Shown here: one piece after another, positions 26,559-40,826 of the stretch
How the letters are laid out: every line of letters starts with the position of its first letter
Position numbering within the stretch: the stretch's first letter is position 1
Source of the DNA: Felis catus
Taxonomy: Eukaryota
Direction: 5' to 3'
DNA: 64,000 bases
Assembly (NCBI RefSeq): GCF_018350175.1
Contig: NC_058368.1
Span: 72,666,001-72,730,000 of the forward strand
Made by a program: the position numbers and the translations under genes
The notes under the pieces: generated by a model
What the model saw: the letters and a program-made list of their open reading frames with translations, nothing else
Told to the model about the DNA's origin: nothing
The model's database searches: none

Positions 26559-27263
26559 AAACTTGGGGAGCCATTCCTCAAATTATAATAGCTGGGTAGG
26601 GTGAATTGTTCCTGGTGTGGAAGAGAATAGACTTCTAATGTGACCATTTATAAAGATACATGTAAAGGGGAATGGTTAACTTGAACATATCCAGTGGCAG
26701 AAACTAATTATAACTTGAAGGTAGTGGTGAAGGTCACACTGTAGAGACAGGGAGACAGGAACTACAGTGCAGGCATCCTGAGAAAGACAGGGACAAATCA
26801 AGGATGAGAAAGAAAGAGGTGATTATGGAAAAGGGTAACAAGGAAGAATCTGAGGCTTATAAACAAATGTCTACAAGCAAAGGAAGAATGGCATCAGAAC
26901 TATTAATGAGGTATGAGTCACATACTTCTGGGATGCTTCCTCTGGGATGTGGTAGGGATAAGGGCAATAGATCAGGGAAGACTTCACAGGGTATGTTGGC
27001 AGAAAGCTTTGTGTTCTTGGGAAGGAATCCTGAGTGTGGCAGAGATCTGAGTATAATTATAATAGTATGACTAGTGAATATATCTTGTCAATGCGCCAAC
27101 AATCTGGTCAGCATGCAACTATGTGCATAATTCCGACATTTCCTCCTACTGCTCTGTGCCGCTCCTTTGAAATCCTGTGGACAGTAGCTTTACCTAATAG
27201 GACTTGTGTCTAACTTATTTGCCAAGTGTACACAATTCATTAGCAATGCTATCATGATATCTA

Positions 27264-27301
27264 TACAAGCTTAGACATACAAGCTTAGATGTACAAGCTT
27301 A
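27264..27301. repeat. 14-bp tandem repeat, about 2.7 copies
   Basis: tacaagcttagaca tacaagcttagatg tacaagctta. Confidence 0.8.
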
Positions 27302-30030
27302 AAAAAAGAATACTAGAAACAAACTAGGTTGTCCAAGAAGAATGATATAAAACTATACAATCTGAAGTAGTGCCTCATTTCCCCTGTGAATACCATATTA
27401 TGTTGACCATGTATCAGCGAGTGAAAAATCACTAATAGAAGATTATAAGTAAAAATCTGCACAAAGATTAAGTGCATAACAAGTACTAACCTCATGAAGG
27501 GTCTTGGAAGGAAGGAAAATGGAAATGGATTAAAATATTATTATCTGGGTTCCATCCCCTTTTAACTTGTAGGAAGTTTAGCTGAACTAACTAGGAAATT
27601 TTCCCCTTAATATTTTTCCATGTCTCTTACACACACAAAAAAACTAACACTTCATTGATTCCGACAATCTGAATATCCAGAAAATTTCCTGATTATTTCA
27701 TATGCTGAATAGGCTGAAAGTAATTATACACTCCTTCATTATGATAGAATTACAAGTGTTAAATGGGAAATATACTGAAACCCTGAGCACAGCTAAATAT
27801 GGATAAAGTACTTTTCTCATAATACATATACATCAGTGACTTGAATACTAGTATATTCTTCGCAACATCATTATTTCTTTTATGCAAATATAAATAGAAA
27901 TGTGGTAAACTTTTTAGTAGATCACTGTCAGGGAGACCCAGAGATGTATCATAATTAAGAATCATATTTTCAAAATCATCAATGTCATAAAAATACATTT
28001 ATCTCTCTAAGATAAATTGGTTGTTTCCAAATGACATAAGATACCTATCACCACAAGTTGAAATAAAAGTTTTACTGAAATTACCATCAAAATGAAGTCA
28101 AAGTCTATCTTTAAAATATTAAAAGCCACAGAATAAATGGATTTAATTGGTTTTAAAGTCAATAAACTTAAAAAGCAATAACAAGTTCCCTTTAGAATCA
28201 TGAACACGCTTTTTAGCTTTTTCATGTATTTATTTCTACTATCTTGACATTTTATCTGGCTTCAGGACATAAATTCATGGCAAGGAATGTTATTTTATGG
28301 GATCTACTTTCACAGGAATTTTTCTAGGTCACTTCAGTGACAGAGGGAAAGCCATCTGACATTCACAGAAAGGTAGTAATAACAGTTGCAGGCACGAGAT
28401 AAAGAAACCCTGAGGTCTACTAGTGAAGGGAACTGAGTTGTAAATCTTACCAAAAAAAAGAAAAAAAAATAAAGATTTTGACCCCAAAGCTCCAGAATTT
28501 CTTTCTTATGGGCTAATTGCTTTAACGATGGGAATACTACACAAGCAAGGCTATTTCATTTCTCTTGAAAACTCATTAGACTTTTATGAAACTTAGAAAA
28601 TGTAGAAAACCATTACATCTGCAGCTCTCTTACAAGTATTCAAACCTATGTGATCATTCATGTGAAGGACCACGTATTTGAACGTAATCTTTACTCTGTT
28701 GGAGACTATAACAAGTATGTATATATGCTCACAGATAAATATAAATACCCTTTGCAATTATCATAATTTTAGTCTTCCTAAATTCTGAGGAGGGATCTTA
28801 AGATAGACAAATAGTGGACAAATAGAATCCACTCATTTCCTGCTGCCCCAGTGTTTCAACTCTGGGCTTGCTCTGTGGCAGAAGAAGTGTCAGAGAGATT
28901 ACCGCCACTGGCACTGTGCCCACCAGGCCAACTGCACAGCTGGGAAAATTCTGACTTGTTCTTAATGTGTATATGATAGGCATGGCGATGTTTGCTGACC
29001 TAATGTAATTAATTGCCATCATTCTGCCAGAACATAATCATAATATCAGAAGATTAAAGAAAACATAATTGAGTGTTTCATCTATTCCTTGGAAAGCATT
29101 TCAAATGTCATCATCATGTTATAAAAAGTCATTCAGAATCCTCAAGGTCACTCTGAGTGTCCAAATGCTTAAATTAGTGCTGGTGGCATTGCCAGACTTC
29201 ATCTATCTAGTCTTCTGAGCTGGCTATTTTCCCCTCGCACTGTACTTGTCCACTTCTCAATCCCACTCTGTTGTCCATCTAAGAAACAGACTGTATAAAG
29301 CATTTTCCTTTGGAGAATTAAAAATAACAGGAGCTGGGAATTATAGATCTTATACAATGTCCCTAAAGGTGGATTTTATTTTCATAGTACTTCACAAATG
29401 AATAGGCAGAAAAAAAATGCCTAGGCGATAATGAAGAGAAAAACAGGTGCATGTACATATCAGGATACTAGTTTCTATCTGTGTGCCATTTTCATTGGGT
29501 GGGAAAGAGTACGTCATAGTAGTTATGATTATAGAATAATCATACATGAATACACACACCACACAGAGCACCTAGTAAAATAACTATTTTTTCCCAGTGG
29601 TAACATAATTCAGATTGCTCAATTACCCTCAACAAACTCACTTGGAAGTGGGAATGCCCAAGAATAACTCATTAGTACCTTAAAATGACTCAGCTTTGCA
29701 TACCCTACATTCACAAACTTCGGCATTATGTTTCTTCGCCATTGTATTGCTATTATCACCACTGTCTCTTAAATGTAAAATCACAAGTAGCCGATTTCAC
29801 AATTTACCACTTTTTCCACAGTAAAAAGTAATTTTCAAGCACCAATTGCTTCTTGGTAGAACACTGACATCAATAGAAAATGCAATTAGGTATTGAACAG
29901 AATGGTTAAGGTAATTTTAACATGCTACTATTGGATCAATTAGTAGCCAGTAATTTCCAAGATATGCAGAGCTTTAGCAGACCCTTAGGCAAGTCTCTTG
30001 TTAAGAAAATGATTGGGATATTAGATAATT

Positions 30031-30100
30031 GAAATTAACTACTGCAACGTGCCACATTTCATAGTGAAATTAACTACTGCAACGTGCCACATTTCATAGT
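30031..30100. repeat. Perfect 35-bp tandem duplication
   Basis: gaaattaactactgcaacgtgccacatttcatagt x2 (30031-30065, 30066-30100). Confidence 0.95.
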
Positions 30101-32944
30101 TTTCCCCAGTCATATTACAGACACAATGTATAATGAAGTTGTTATTCATAAAAAATTTAAATAAATGATAGTTAGGTCCTGCTAGTTAATGGTGTAATGA
30201 GTCTGAGGAATTTCCAACTGGTTCCAAAGACTGACCATCAGGAATAAAATAAAGTTGAGGCTGGATTTTGTGACTCCGAAAATGAAAGTGTGATTGAACA
30301 TCCTGTGCTTCTTAAACAATGAGCTATTGCTGACACGGTTTCTTTCTTTCCTTCTTTTTTTGGTTATTGTTTTTCCATGAATGATGCATAAAAATTAATA
30401 AGAATTTTGTCTGCATTCAAATTCCTACAAGGTGTTATTTGATTTTTTTTTACATAAACACAAGGGAACTATTGCCCAAGGCCATTCTTCCCATTTCAAT
30501 GTGCGAGCCTTCTCATGTAATGTAATTTTAAATTAAATCAAGGTTCACTGCTATTTCTCCTGGGTATATATTTGGCTTTGCTTCATCTATAAAACAGTCT
30601 TTCAAAAGCCTCACACTGCATTAGGAAAATAGCTAACCCATTGATGGTACCTGTGGACCAATTTCTTCCTACTTTCCTCCTTTATTTTAATATGATATTG
30701 CACATTAGAGTTTATTTCTCCATGGACATTAAGAGAATGCCTCTTACCTTGTCTCTAAGTAAAAGTTGTCTAGAGAACTTCTGAACAGTTTAAAAGTTGA
30801 GTCTTCTGTTACTGATATTGCTAGTAATATAGAATTCTAACTGATATTGGAATAAAAACAATGTAGGAGTTAGGTATACTGGCCACCATTCAATGGTATG
30901 TAAAGTTATCCAAGTTGCAAATTCTTGATAAAAAAATAATTTCTTATTGTTTCTGTTGATAACCTTAACTGATGGTTAGAGGATAGAAAGCAAAATGTTA
31001 CATGAAAGTATTTAAATAATAATGCAGTAGATGCTCTGATTTCTTCCAAAGTTACTTAACTTTTTAATCATCATTTTACCATTTAACACAATAGCAAAAA
31101 TAATATGAGTAATAAGTCTTGATTATAGAGGAGGTGCTTGTAAATTAATTTGCATCATTGCCTTGTGGGCATTTAATGTCATTTTTAAGAAAAAAACAAT
31201 GTTTCCCATACCTCAATAAATAGGCAACTCTCAAGGTAACATATCTTCGTGTCATAATTTTACTCTTTATTACCTACAAGTAAGAAAGAAAATTGGTTTT
31301 TTTCAAAGCTGTGTCTGCGTACAGCCCAGGAAACCAAAACTCTTGAACCATAGCAGAGGATTGCTCACCATAGAAAATAATTTGCCGTGACAAGGATCTC
31401 GGGTACTGAGTCTAAGGTTTATATAGTAGAAACAAAGCTTTAAAGGGCTCATGGCTGAGAGACAGATGAGTTAATTGGAGAAGTTTACATTAATGGGGAG
31501 TCACTGAGAATCAACCCCTTTTCCTTATCACCTGGTGAAGAGCATTCAGAGTTAATTTATTAAATAGCACGAGTAAACGCTTCTCTCATGACATAAATCA
31601 ATACTCATCATTTGTCTGATTAGTACCGTTATGTATTATTTGTACCAGCTTAAAAGTAGAATGTTTCCTGCTAACCCACATAACCATTTCTGCTAAACAG
31701 TGGCCTATATCTAGGATTAATAACCAAATAAAATATTTCCACCTTGTTAAACATGCAGCACTTCCAAAAATATCTTGTTCCCATTCAGTCTCTACCTCTA
31801 TAGGGACAGCAAACAGCACCCAATCATGATGCTTTTGCATGGCTAAGACATGTCAATAAAAGTGACTTATGTCTCTTCATTTCATATAGTCATTAGACCT
31901 TAAAAGCAATAAATATCTAACTCCAAGCGAAACTCTTAAGATCTACTAAGTCCTTGCTCAAGAAGTGCATCATGTACCTTTCCATAAACTTGCATTCCAA
32001 ACTGAATACATTACTTTAGGACAAACAGACAATGTTCAGTGAAACCCTAAGTAGCTCAGAGCATGTAACACACTTCCAGAAACTAAACAAATCATTCAAA
32101 GTGAAAACGCACTGTTTATGGACCTTACATTTACAGAGACTGTAAGTTCCATGAGGCCAGGGGTTGCGTCTGCCTTTTTCATTAGGTTCAGGAATGTGTT
32201 GCATCAATATTGGTCAACAGGTAATATCAGAATGGAAATATGGCCCATATTTTCAGTCAAATAACTGGTCATCAAACTTTCAATAAAACTATAAGTCTAA
32301 AACCAGTGGAAACAAAAGACATAAAGAAGAGGTAACAAGGAAAATTATCACCAAAGGAGTGATTCTTATCAGTTGTTTGCATATAACATGTGGGGAGGAA
32401 CAGCCAGTTAGGCTTTTCAAAAAAAGTTGCTTTAGTTCTTTCTCAATAGAAAAGAAAAAGAGAGTAGTTTTCATATTGTTGTGAATTGTTTCATAAATTA
32501 TTTTTCATTTTTATTCCCAAGTGAATAAAAACTTGGATGTAAATGATTGGAGCTGCATTGAGGAAACTGAAAGAAACACCCAACTCATGGTCATGAATTC
32601 TCAGAGTCCCCAGCAGGTAGCTCACACGCAAGAAGTAGGAAGAGTAAGAATCCTCCAAAGGTAAAAAAAGCAGAAAGAAAACTCATCCACTCAACTTGGA
32701 TGGGTGATGTGTATCAATTTCAATCACGAGTCTCCCACATATGCAAACATTTTTTTTTGCAAACAATTTTTAAGGAAGCAGAATTTGGCCCCAAATTTTA
32801 ATAGCTATTAACTATATTGCTTTACTATTAGAGCTGGTTTGCCATTCACTGTATGGTATATTGGCCTTGGCGTGTATAGAGTTTTTGTGTAATTTTTTTT
32901 TCATGATGTGGAAAATGAAAGCAAAGAGATAGTTCATTCTCAAA

Positions 32945-32998
32945 TATTGTTTATCTATCATTTTAGGTAGGTATTGTTTACCTATCATTTTGAGGTAG
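32945..32998. repeat. Imperfect 27-bp tandem duplication
   Basis: tattgtttatctatcattttaggtagg / tattgtttacctatcattttgaggtag. Confidence 0.85.
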
Positions 32999-33020
32999 TC
33001 TTTAAAACTTCTTACATGCA

Positions 33021-33249
33021 GGGGCGCCTGGGTGGCACAGTCGGTTAAGCGTCCGACTTCAGCCAGGTCACGATCTCGCGGTCCGTGAGTTCCAGCCCCG
33101 CGTCAGGCTCTGGGCTGATGGCTCAGAGCCTGGAGCCTGTTTCTGATTCTGTGTCTCCCTCTCTCTCTGCCCCTCCCCCGTTCATGCTCTGTCTCTCTCT
33201 GTCCCAAAAAATAAATAAACGTTGAAAAAAAAATTTAAAAAATAAAAAA
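33021..33249 (+). mobile_element. Young feline Can-SINE (SINEC_Fc-like)
   Basis: Near-consensus; 17-bp TSD with 1 mismatch (33004-33020 / 33250-33266). Confidence 0.95.
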
Positions 33250-33544
33250 AAAACTCCTTACATGCAAATATTTCTTTCATTATCTCCCACCTATCATCTA
33301 CCCTCTACAAATACAAATTTTGAAAAAGTAAAACATTTCAATCAAACATAAATTTTGTTACTCTTTACAGTATTTCATTTTGCTCTAGAGAAGAATCAAG
33401 ATAAAATGGCAAACTTCAATGGTATTTTTTTTCTTTGACACTAAAAGGAAATAAAAAACCAAAGTATTTGATGTCATTTCATGGACATCTGTAAATAATA
33501 AAATCCTTTCTCTAATTATGATTATTCATGTGCCTGTTTTAGAA

Positions 33545-33754
33545 TTGTTTTAATGTTTGTTTATTTTTGAAGGAGAGAGAGGCAGAATGTGAGCAGGGGA
33601 GTAGCAGAGAGCAAGGGAGACATAGAATCCAAAGCAGGCTCCAGGCTCTGAGCTGTCAGCACAGAGCCTGACGTGGGGCTCGAACTCACAAACTGTCAGA
33701 TCATGACCTGAGCTGAAGTCAGACGCTTAACCGATTGAGCCACCTAGGTGCCCC
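33545..33754 (-). mobile_element. Can-SINE
   Basis: Reverse body ending gagccacctaggtgcccc; diverged TSD catgtgcctgttttagaa / catgtgcttgctttaaaa. Confidence 0.92.
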
Positions 33755-35333
33755 CCCATGTGCTTGCTTTAAAATGTTCAAGTTCAAGTGCTAGCAAGAT
33801 TTACCAGGAGTCAGGTTTTATTTTCTTGCTCCAAGATTCTCTCATAAGGTGAAGACATTACCACTCACTGTATTAATGCAAATATAACCATGTTGGAGTG
33901 CAGAAATAGCATATCCAGTTCTGTCTCGGTGGGTTTGTCATGCTCTTTCAGGAAAAGAATGGGTAAATAGTGCTTTTCTGCAATTCTAGCTTGAGAAATA
34001 AACAGGCTCCTATATTCTTTGCTGATGCTTAATGTTTTCCAGTGGGGAAAAAGATAAATGACATTCATAATAAATATCATGAACAGGAGGGCACTTGAGG
34101 AATAAATTAATAAAATCTACCAGTGACATTTATTCCACCTTAGCAATAATCAATCAAAAGCTACAAATTAAAGACCTCCTACATATCCATCACTATTGAA
34201 AGAGTGATAAGAAATGTATAGATACAATCATGGAATCATAGAGTCTGAAAAAAGATAGGAGCCTTAAAATTCACCTCATCAAGATGTACATCCTATCCAT
34301 TGGATGCTCAGGGGATTTTTGTTGTTTCTAATTCAGCCCCATCTGATTATCTCTGAAGCTCCAGCACATACAGCACATTAGCTGTCAGTGGAAGGCATCC
34401 GAAAGTGTTTCTTGAATGAGTGAATAAATAAAGTCATGATTATAGACATCCCCACCAAGTGCTTGATTCTTCAGCCCATATTTAAGTGCTAAGTAATTAT
34501 ATTGAGTAGAAGTAGTTTTCCCTATATTTCTTGCAGACCCTTTTGTAATTAGACATAGGTGTTTAATTTTTGTGAGGTAGGTATTATGGGATTTGTGTAG
34601 TTAAGAAATCTGTATAATGATGGGTCCACACGGGATTAACTCGCTCTCTGTACTGGACCTGGAAAAGGAGTTCAAAGGTAGATCAAGCACAGGGACCTGC
34701 CGCTCACCTAAGAGGGAGGAGGAAGTCTCTTTAGTCCAGAAATGAGGCTTGTGTGGAAAGACCCTGCTTAGAGGAAAAAAATGTCTCGGAGGAAATAGGG
34801 GTTTAGGAAAAATAAACAATTTATTAAATACAAATATTTACTTCATTAGTAAATTTTTTTAATCTTAAAAGAGTTCATTTCTGAAGGAACCTAGGTTTGT
34901 TGTCTTTAGCAGCCTGCTCTGACAGGATGCCCTTGGCCTGAATTGGCCCTCCAATTCAACAGGTGCCCTGTGGCCCCCAGCTGACTGTCTCAGGCTGATT
35001 TCTCCCCTGAGCTTTAGGTGATGGAGACCACTTCTCCTTTTCAGGACTATAAACTAGCTGCCATTGGTTTGAAATTCAGTGTCTTTGTTTCTATTTTCTC
35101 AAGTCTCAGCAAAATAACACCTGTCCTTCCACATATTATCTTGATGCTCAAGGACACATTTCTTGTCCTATTCTTCCCCAGACTGAGTGGAGCAATCACA
35201 GACAAGGCTTTTCTCTTTGTGTATCCTCACAGGCCAGCTCACCTGGTCAACAGGAAAGGTGAGCACTACTTATGGCCATGTCTTTCTGCTTACTGCAGGG
35301 GCCTGAACCAGGCCGTGAACTTGTAAACATCAA

Positions 35334-35374
<41 letters not shown>
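35334..35374. repeat. (CAT)13 trinucleotide microsatellite
   Basis: Uninterrupted CAT run. Confidence 0.95.
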
Positions 35375-36034
35375 ATGGTAAATATAAAATCATTTCATCT
35401 CAATGCCCTGGTTCCTGAGACACTGATGTAGACCCATGTTTATCAAAGTGTGCTCCTTCAGACATCTGCACTAGAAATGCCTGGGATACATAGTCAAAAT
35501 TCTGATTCTGGAGACGCACTGGATTCACTGAATTGGAATCTTTCAGGCTAATGTTCTGGGATCTGGTTATCTGCACTGCTTCTGAGTAAGTTTACATATC
35601 TTATGTTGAGGGTTGTGAACCACTGTGAGACTATCTGAAGGCCTGATATTTCCCTCCCATATCGTTAGCATCATTTTTATACAGGTTAGGAATTTAACTC
35701 AGTTAGTCCTCTGCTTTACTATCCACTGTCCAAAATTGCCTGTACAGATGCTGTATACTTGGGAATCAATTAAAATACATTAGTAAGCTTTCTCAAGAAG
35801 TGTGTTATTTTATAAAGTTCTTTTCTAACATCTAACTTCACTTATGCTGATGTCATTCACCTCATCTCTTCATTTTCTGTCTCACATTTGGGAGGAAAAG
35901 GAAAATTATCACCATCCATCATAGAACATTCTTTCTCTATCTGCACGTCATTCTTAAAGACAGCCCCGAGACATGATTATTCCAGAATAAAGAAGCTTTG
36001 TCATCATCCAGTAGTCAACCAATAGGATTATAAC

Positions 36035-36330
36035 CCACCTGCATATTCCGGGGACAAACCGAACACATCCCGAACTGAATGCAGCAGGTTCGCCACCGAA
36101 GTATTCCCCTCCTTCTGGTTTTGTCCTCAGTGAGGAGTACCACCGAGCACCAGGTTCCGAGCCAGTCCTCCCAGAGCGAGCCCTGAGCCAGTCCTCCCAG
36201 AGCGAGCCCACCCCGATACCCAGACCACCACAGACTTCTTTCCATATCTCCTCAGAAAACACTCCAAATATCTCTCATCCGTTCCAATCCCTTAATCCAG
36301 AGGTTTCCAACACCACCATCTCCAGGTCCA
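36035..36330 (+). mobile_element. Probable L2 fragment with internal 26-bp tandem duplication
   Basis: aacacatcccgaactgaa...tcctcagtgaggagtaccacc...gagccag...ctccaaatatctctc follows the L2 3' region; gagccagtcctcccagagcgagccc x2 at 36159-36209. Confidence 0.55.
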
Positions 36331-36469
36331 GAAACAAAGTCAACATGTGCAGCATCTTCCTTTATAAAATTAAGGAGAAGTTGTCACTGTGGCTAAATAG
36401 TAGACTGAAGAGTGCATTCCCCGCCCCAGATCGTGTGTGCACTTAATGCTGTCCAAACAGAACAAACAT

Positions 36470-36710
36470 TTGTAGTTTGCAAGCTCTATTTGGTTTCTAT
36501 CTTTTTTTTACCTCTTCCCCCCCTGTTCCCCGACCTCCCTGACCCTGGTAACCACTGCTCAAGTCTTACGTCTATGTATTTGATTTGTTTAGATTCCACA
36601 AGTAACATCATGCAGGTGTTTTCTTTATGTGTCTGGCATATTTTACTTTTCTGTGTTGTTGCAAATGACGGGATCTCCCTTCTTAAGGCTGAGTATTATC
36701 CCTCTGTGTG
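36470..36710 (-). mobile_element. Old L1 3' fragment
   Basis: ccctggtaaccact...ctatgtatttga...tttagattccaca...atcatgcag...tgtgtctggc...gttgcaaatgacgggat...aaggctgagtattat are antisense L1 3' motifs. Confidence 0.7.
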
Positions 36711-37857
36711 TCCTCAGCATCCCTCACCTGGCCTGTTGCAGTGCTTGTCACACCATCACTAGCCTCTTTCCACTAATCCTCACCATCACAGGCATAATCC
36801 TGTGGAAGCCAAGTATGGCCACACTGTTTCCTTGCCTAGAGAATAACCAAGCACAGCCAGCATTCTGGAAAGGGGGCTAAGGGAAGGGAAATAGGTAAAA
36901 GTGGTCATGGGGCTGGAGCAGACAAGGTATTTTGGGTGTGGTCTGAAAGCCTAGACTAGGCTTCACCAGGGAGGGTCTTGTTTTCTCCACCCCAGAGTGG
37001 TGGGAGTCAGGGAGTCCCAGAAAGGTGATGGAGTGAGCACAAGACACGGTCCTCCCTCTCTCCTTTCCTTGTAACATGACTTCCCTGCTTCCTTCCCTTT
37101 GCTATCTGCTCCTCTTTCTTTTCTCCACTCTTTCCCTAACGCTGCCTAGTGTAGCTCCCCACTGCTGGTTTGTGATCTCCTTTCCATTTTCCTTTTCCCC
37201 CTCTTCTTCCTCTTAAGCTTCAGTGTCTTCTCTTCCTCAACCCCAGCTCCTGCCTTCACACTCCTTAAAATGGCACTGGAACTTGGATAGCCTAAAAATA
37301 CATTTAATTCTTTGTATAGCCTACTATCAACCTAACATAGGGTGTTTCGTATCTTTCTTTTGCCCAAAAGGCTGCTTAAAATTAGTTACATGTAGTTACC
37401 ATTTGCGTTTGTTCCTCAATTGCTTTTTCCTTCTGGCAAGTGACCCTAAGTAGAATGACAGCATCCTTGCCTTTGTCATAATCAATTACTCTGTGCATCA
37501 GTGTTCAGTGTCGTGGGAATTACATGAGCACTGGAGTGAAATTAACTAATGTGCCATACTTGATTCCTTGTTACTATAAATTATCTTAGCCAAAATACCA
37601 AGAAAGGATAATAGCCATTTTCAAATTGGGCAATATATCCAACTGAGTCATAATGCAACAGGAACCATAGGGAAACTTAATGAAAAAAGAAATATTTTTT
37701 AAGCATAGCAAGTAAAGCTTTAAAATGTGTGCAAATTTGAAAACTATTATTTAACATTTCATAAAAAGAAATAAAAACACTCTGACCAAAAGTATAATCA
37801 TGTGAATAAATGTGTGCATAATTTAAGCACAATACCTAATTCCAATGAAACACACAA

Positions 37858-37923
37858 ATATATATATTTATATATTTATATATTTATATATTTATATATA
37901 AATATATATATATATTTATGTAT
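37858..37923. repeat. AT-only low-complexity (TA)n-like tract
   Basis: atatatatttatatatttatatatttatatatttatatataaatatatatatatattta. Confidence 0.9.
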
Positions 37924-40826
37924 AGTCTCAAAAGGTGTTAGATATTGTTTGTGCAGAAGAACATGCATATCAAGTCAGAGATTGTTTGAAAATCAGAGAT
38001 ATTAATAATCATTTCAAATTTAATACACTTTTTAAAATAAAGAAACTGACCCATTCAGAGAGATCAACACTGAAGGATGAAAGGTGGAAACACTTCCATT
38101 CTGAAAAGGGCATCTCTGTGTATCCTGATGAACTTAGACTCCTGCTTGGTTTAGTTTTGCCTCGTTACTCCCAGGGGGCAGAGTATGAAAGGCTGGTCCC
38201 CAAGGTGAGCAGTTTTCAGATGCTACTGAGGCCCTTGGTTTAGGGACAAAGGATATTGATGGCCATTGATGGTAGATGTAGCTCAGATTACTTTATTAAC
38301 CCCCTGCCTAGAGCCTAAATTAAAAAAAAAAAAGCCAGGAGGCAGGGACAAAGTACCTTAGCAACACTGGGATACGTAGTGAGCCATTTTCTGAGAACGG
38401 ATGTCCATAGATGCTAGAGACAGGATGGGTATCAAGGATGGCCAAAAAACTCACACAACACCCCAAAGCATAGAAATATGGGTGAATGATTGTGTGTACC
38501 GTATATGAGTAACTCTCAGGAAAGAATAGAGAAGCTGGAGGGAAACTGGGCACCACACTGTGAAAAAACAAGTCAGTTCCATTTCTAAACCCCAAACCTG
38601 AGTGATGAACAGAAGAACAATGTCAAGAGGAAAATAACGTTGTTCCATCCAATTTTATGAGAGCGATGGACTCTGCAGGAAGACGTATGATTGATGGGAA
38701 ATGAGGCAGGGACTCTGAGGCTTTCCTGTCTGGGATGCTTTGGGACATTGAAGCAACACAAATCACCATATGTAAGAGACGCCTGCTGGCACGGAGGTAG
38801 GGAAGCAAAACCACCTTCTCAGAAGAGGCTCATGAAAATATTTCTGAAGGATGGGAGTACAATATTAGAAAACTACCTCATGTATAATAGATAAGATTTT
38901 GAGGTCCTTAAACGTGTTTTTGCAGAATATATGGCGTTTACCTTATTTTCCTGAATTAAAGACCATTTCATACCCCCTCCTTCCACATTCATTGTCTATC
39001 GTTAGTTGGGTTGCTAATTTAGTGAAGAAGAGGACAGAACTGCTTCACATTTCTGCAAACTTCAAATTAGAGGCAAAGGAAGTTAGGAAAACCAAATATT
39101 TTATTCTACTCAGTATCGGGCTCTGCACCTAGGTACCTGCCTACCAACTCTACTCTTACTACCTTAACCTAAAGCTACCATCATCTCCCCCACCAGCCAT
39201 TTCAAAAATAATTGCTATATGGTTGTTGATGGTTGAGCTACCAGCTTTTGACTCACCCACTAGTGGGTGGACGGGGGATCCTTATTAATATAGATTCCTG
39301 GGACTCCTACTAAACCCACTGAATTGAAACATTGGGAGTCTGACCCAAAGAATCTACCTTTTCTCCCTCTTTCCAGGTGATTCTTATGAGCCCAAATATT
39401 TACAAATCACAGTAGCAGTGTTACTTTTTTTGATTCATTTAACAAATCTACATGAAAAAGGATTGTCTTCCTCTCCAGTTGTATCACTTGGTTAAGAAAC
39501 TCAGAGCAAATATTAATCTCAGGAGAGCCCCAGGGCTTACTGCCTCCCCAGATGCCTGCATTTGGGTAACAGAAATATTTATATCACCCTTTGGAATATG
39601 ATATTCTCATAAATGTCAGCCTGTGATAAGATAGCAATAATGAGTCTTTATACATTTTATGTATGTTGCTTATGTCATCATTCAGAAAAATCAAACAGAC
39701 TAAAACCAGAATTTTAAAACCCCCAAATTAACTTAAGTATCCAGGGAAACATTTTAATTGTATAGATGAGAAGCTTGAGAGGCAAAGACTGGGGCATGAA
39801 TGACAACATGGGCCTCGGCTGGATCCGGGGTCCAGGTGTCCTGAGAAAGCCCATGGTTCTACTCACCATCTGTGTCTTTTCCTTCCTCCCCCCTCCCCCT
39901 TTTCCTCTTCTCATATCAGAAACACATTCTGACTTCCACTCTTCTCTATCTGTGCCCCAATGATGAACAATCCTTTCCTTCATTCTGAGTTCTTCAGTAT
40001 TCAGAATTTACCTTCAAACCATGTCTCTCTACAGAGGATTTTCTTAGCCTTTCAAAGCTACAAATTGCTTGAAAAAAAATTGTTCCTCATGGTGCTATAG
40101 ACAGTTTATAGTTGTTCAAAATACATGTATTTCCCAAAATCATATTAAACTAATTCTTTAATGTAAATATTCCCTTGTCAGTTTCTGTTCTACCATCTTG
40201 CAGCTTGTCTTCTACCTTTGAGAAAATTGTTCATATCTGACATTAAATCTCTTGATATACATCTCTGAGGAACATATTATAATCATCATGACCACAAAAG
40301 AGACGACTATTGTCATATAAAAGGAAAGATTCCACAGGGAGCATGTGCCTTCAGCATCAGAAATGTGTTTATTTTCATTTAGTACTTTTTTTTTGTCCCA
40401 CCTCCCCCACAGGAGGTGAAATTATCTGACAAATTGAATATCTTTATTTGGATGGCGGGGGCTCATGAGAGTTACTTCCTGAAATGCAAATAGAGAAATA
40501 TGCATCTCAAATCAAAACTCTAATGTGATTTTCATTCAACAGAATTTATTTTGAATGATCTGTGTGTTTTATTGCCTAGCTTCTAAATCTATGGATCCTC
40601 AGTAAAATTGGTCCCATATTGGGCACTAGTTTTCACTGTGCAAACATTAAGTTGATCTTTTTAAAGTGGGCACAAGCTTAAAACAGATTCCTTCATTTCC
40701 AAGACTTTAATCTTTATTACTTTTTTCTTTAAACCTGAGGTTGACTGGAGTTTTCCTTTTAAAGCATTTACTCAACTTAACTTCAAAACCTCTTAGCTGA
40801 GTTAGCCATGTGTGGCATGGCTTTTT

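Noticed and set aside
39254..39269. Perfect 16-bp palindrome cacccactagtgggtg
   Set aside because: About one 8-pair palindrome is expected by chance in 64 kb (64000/4^8 is about 1), and there is no supporting context.
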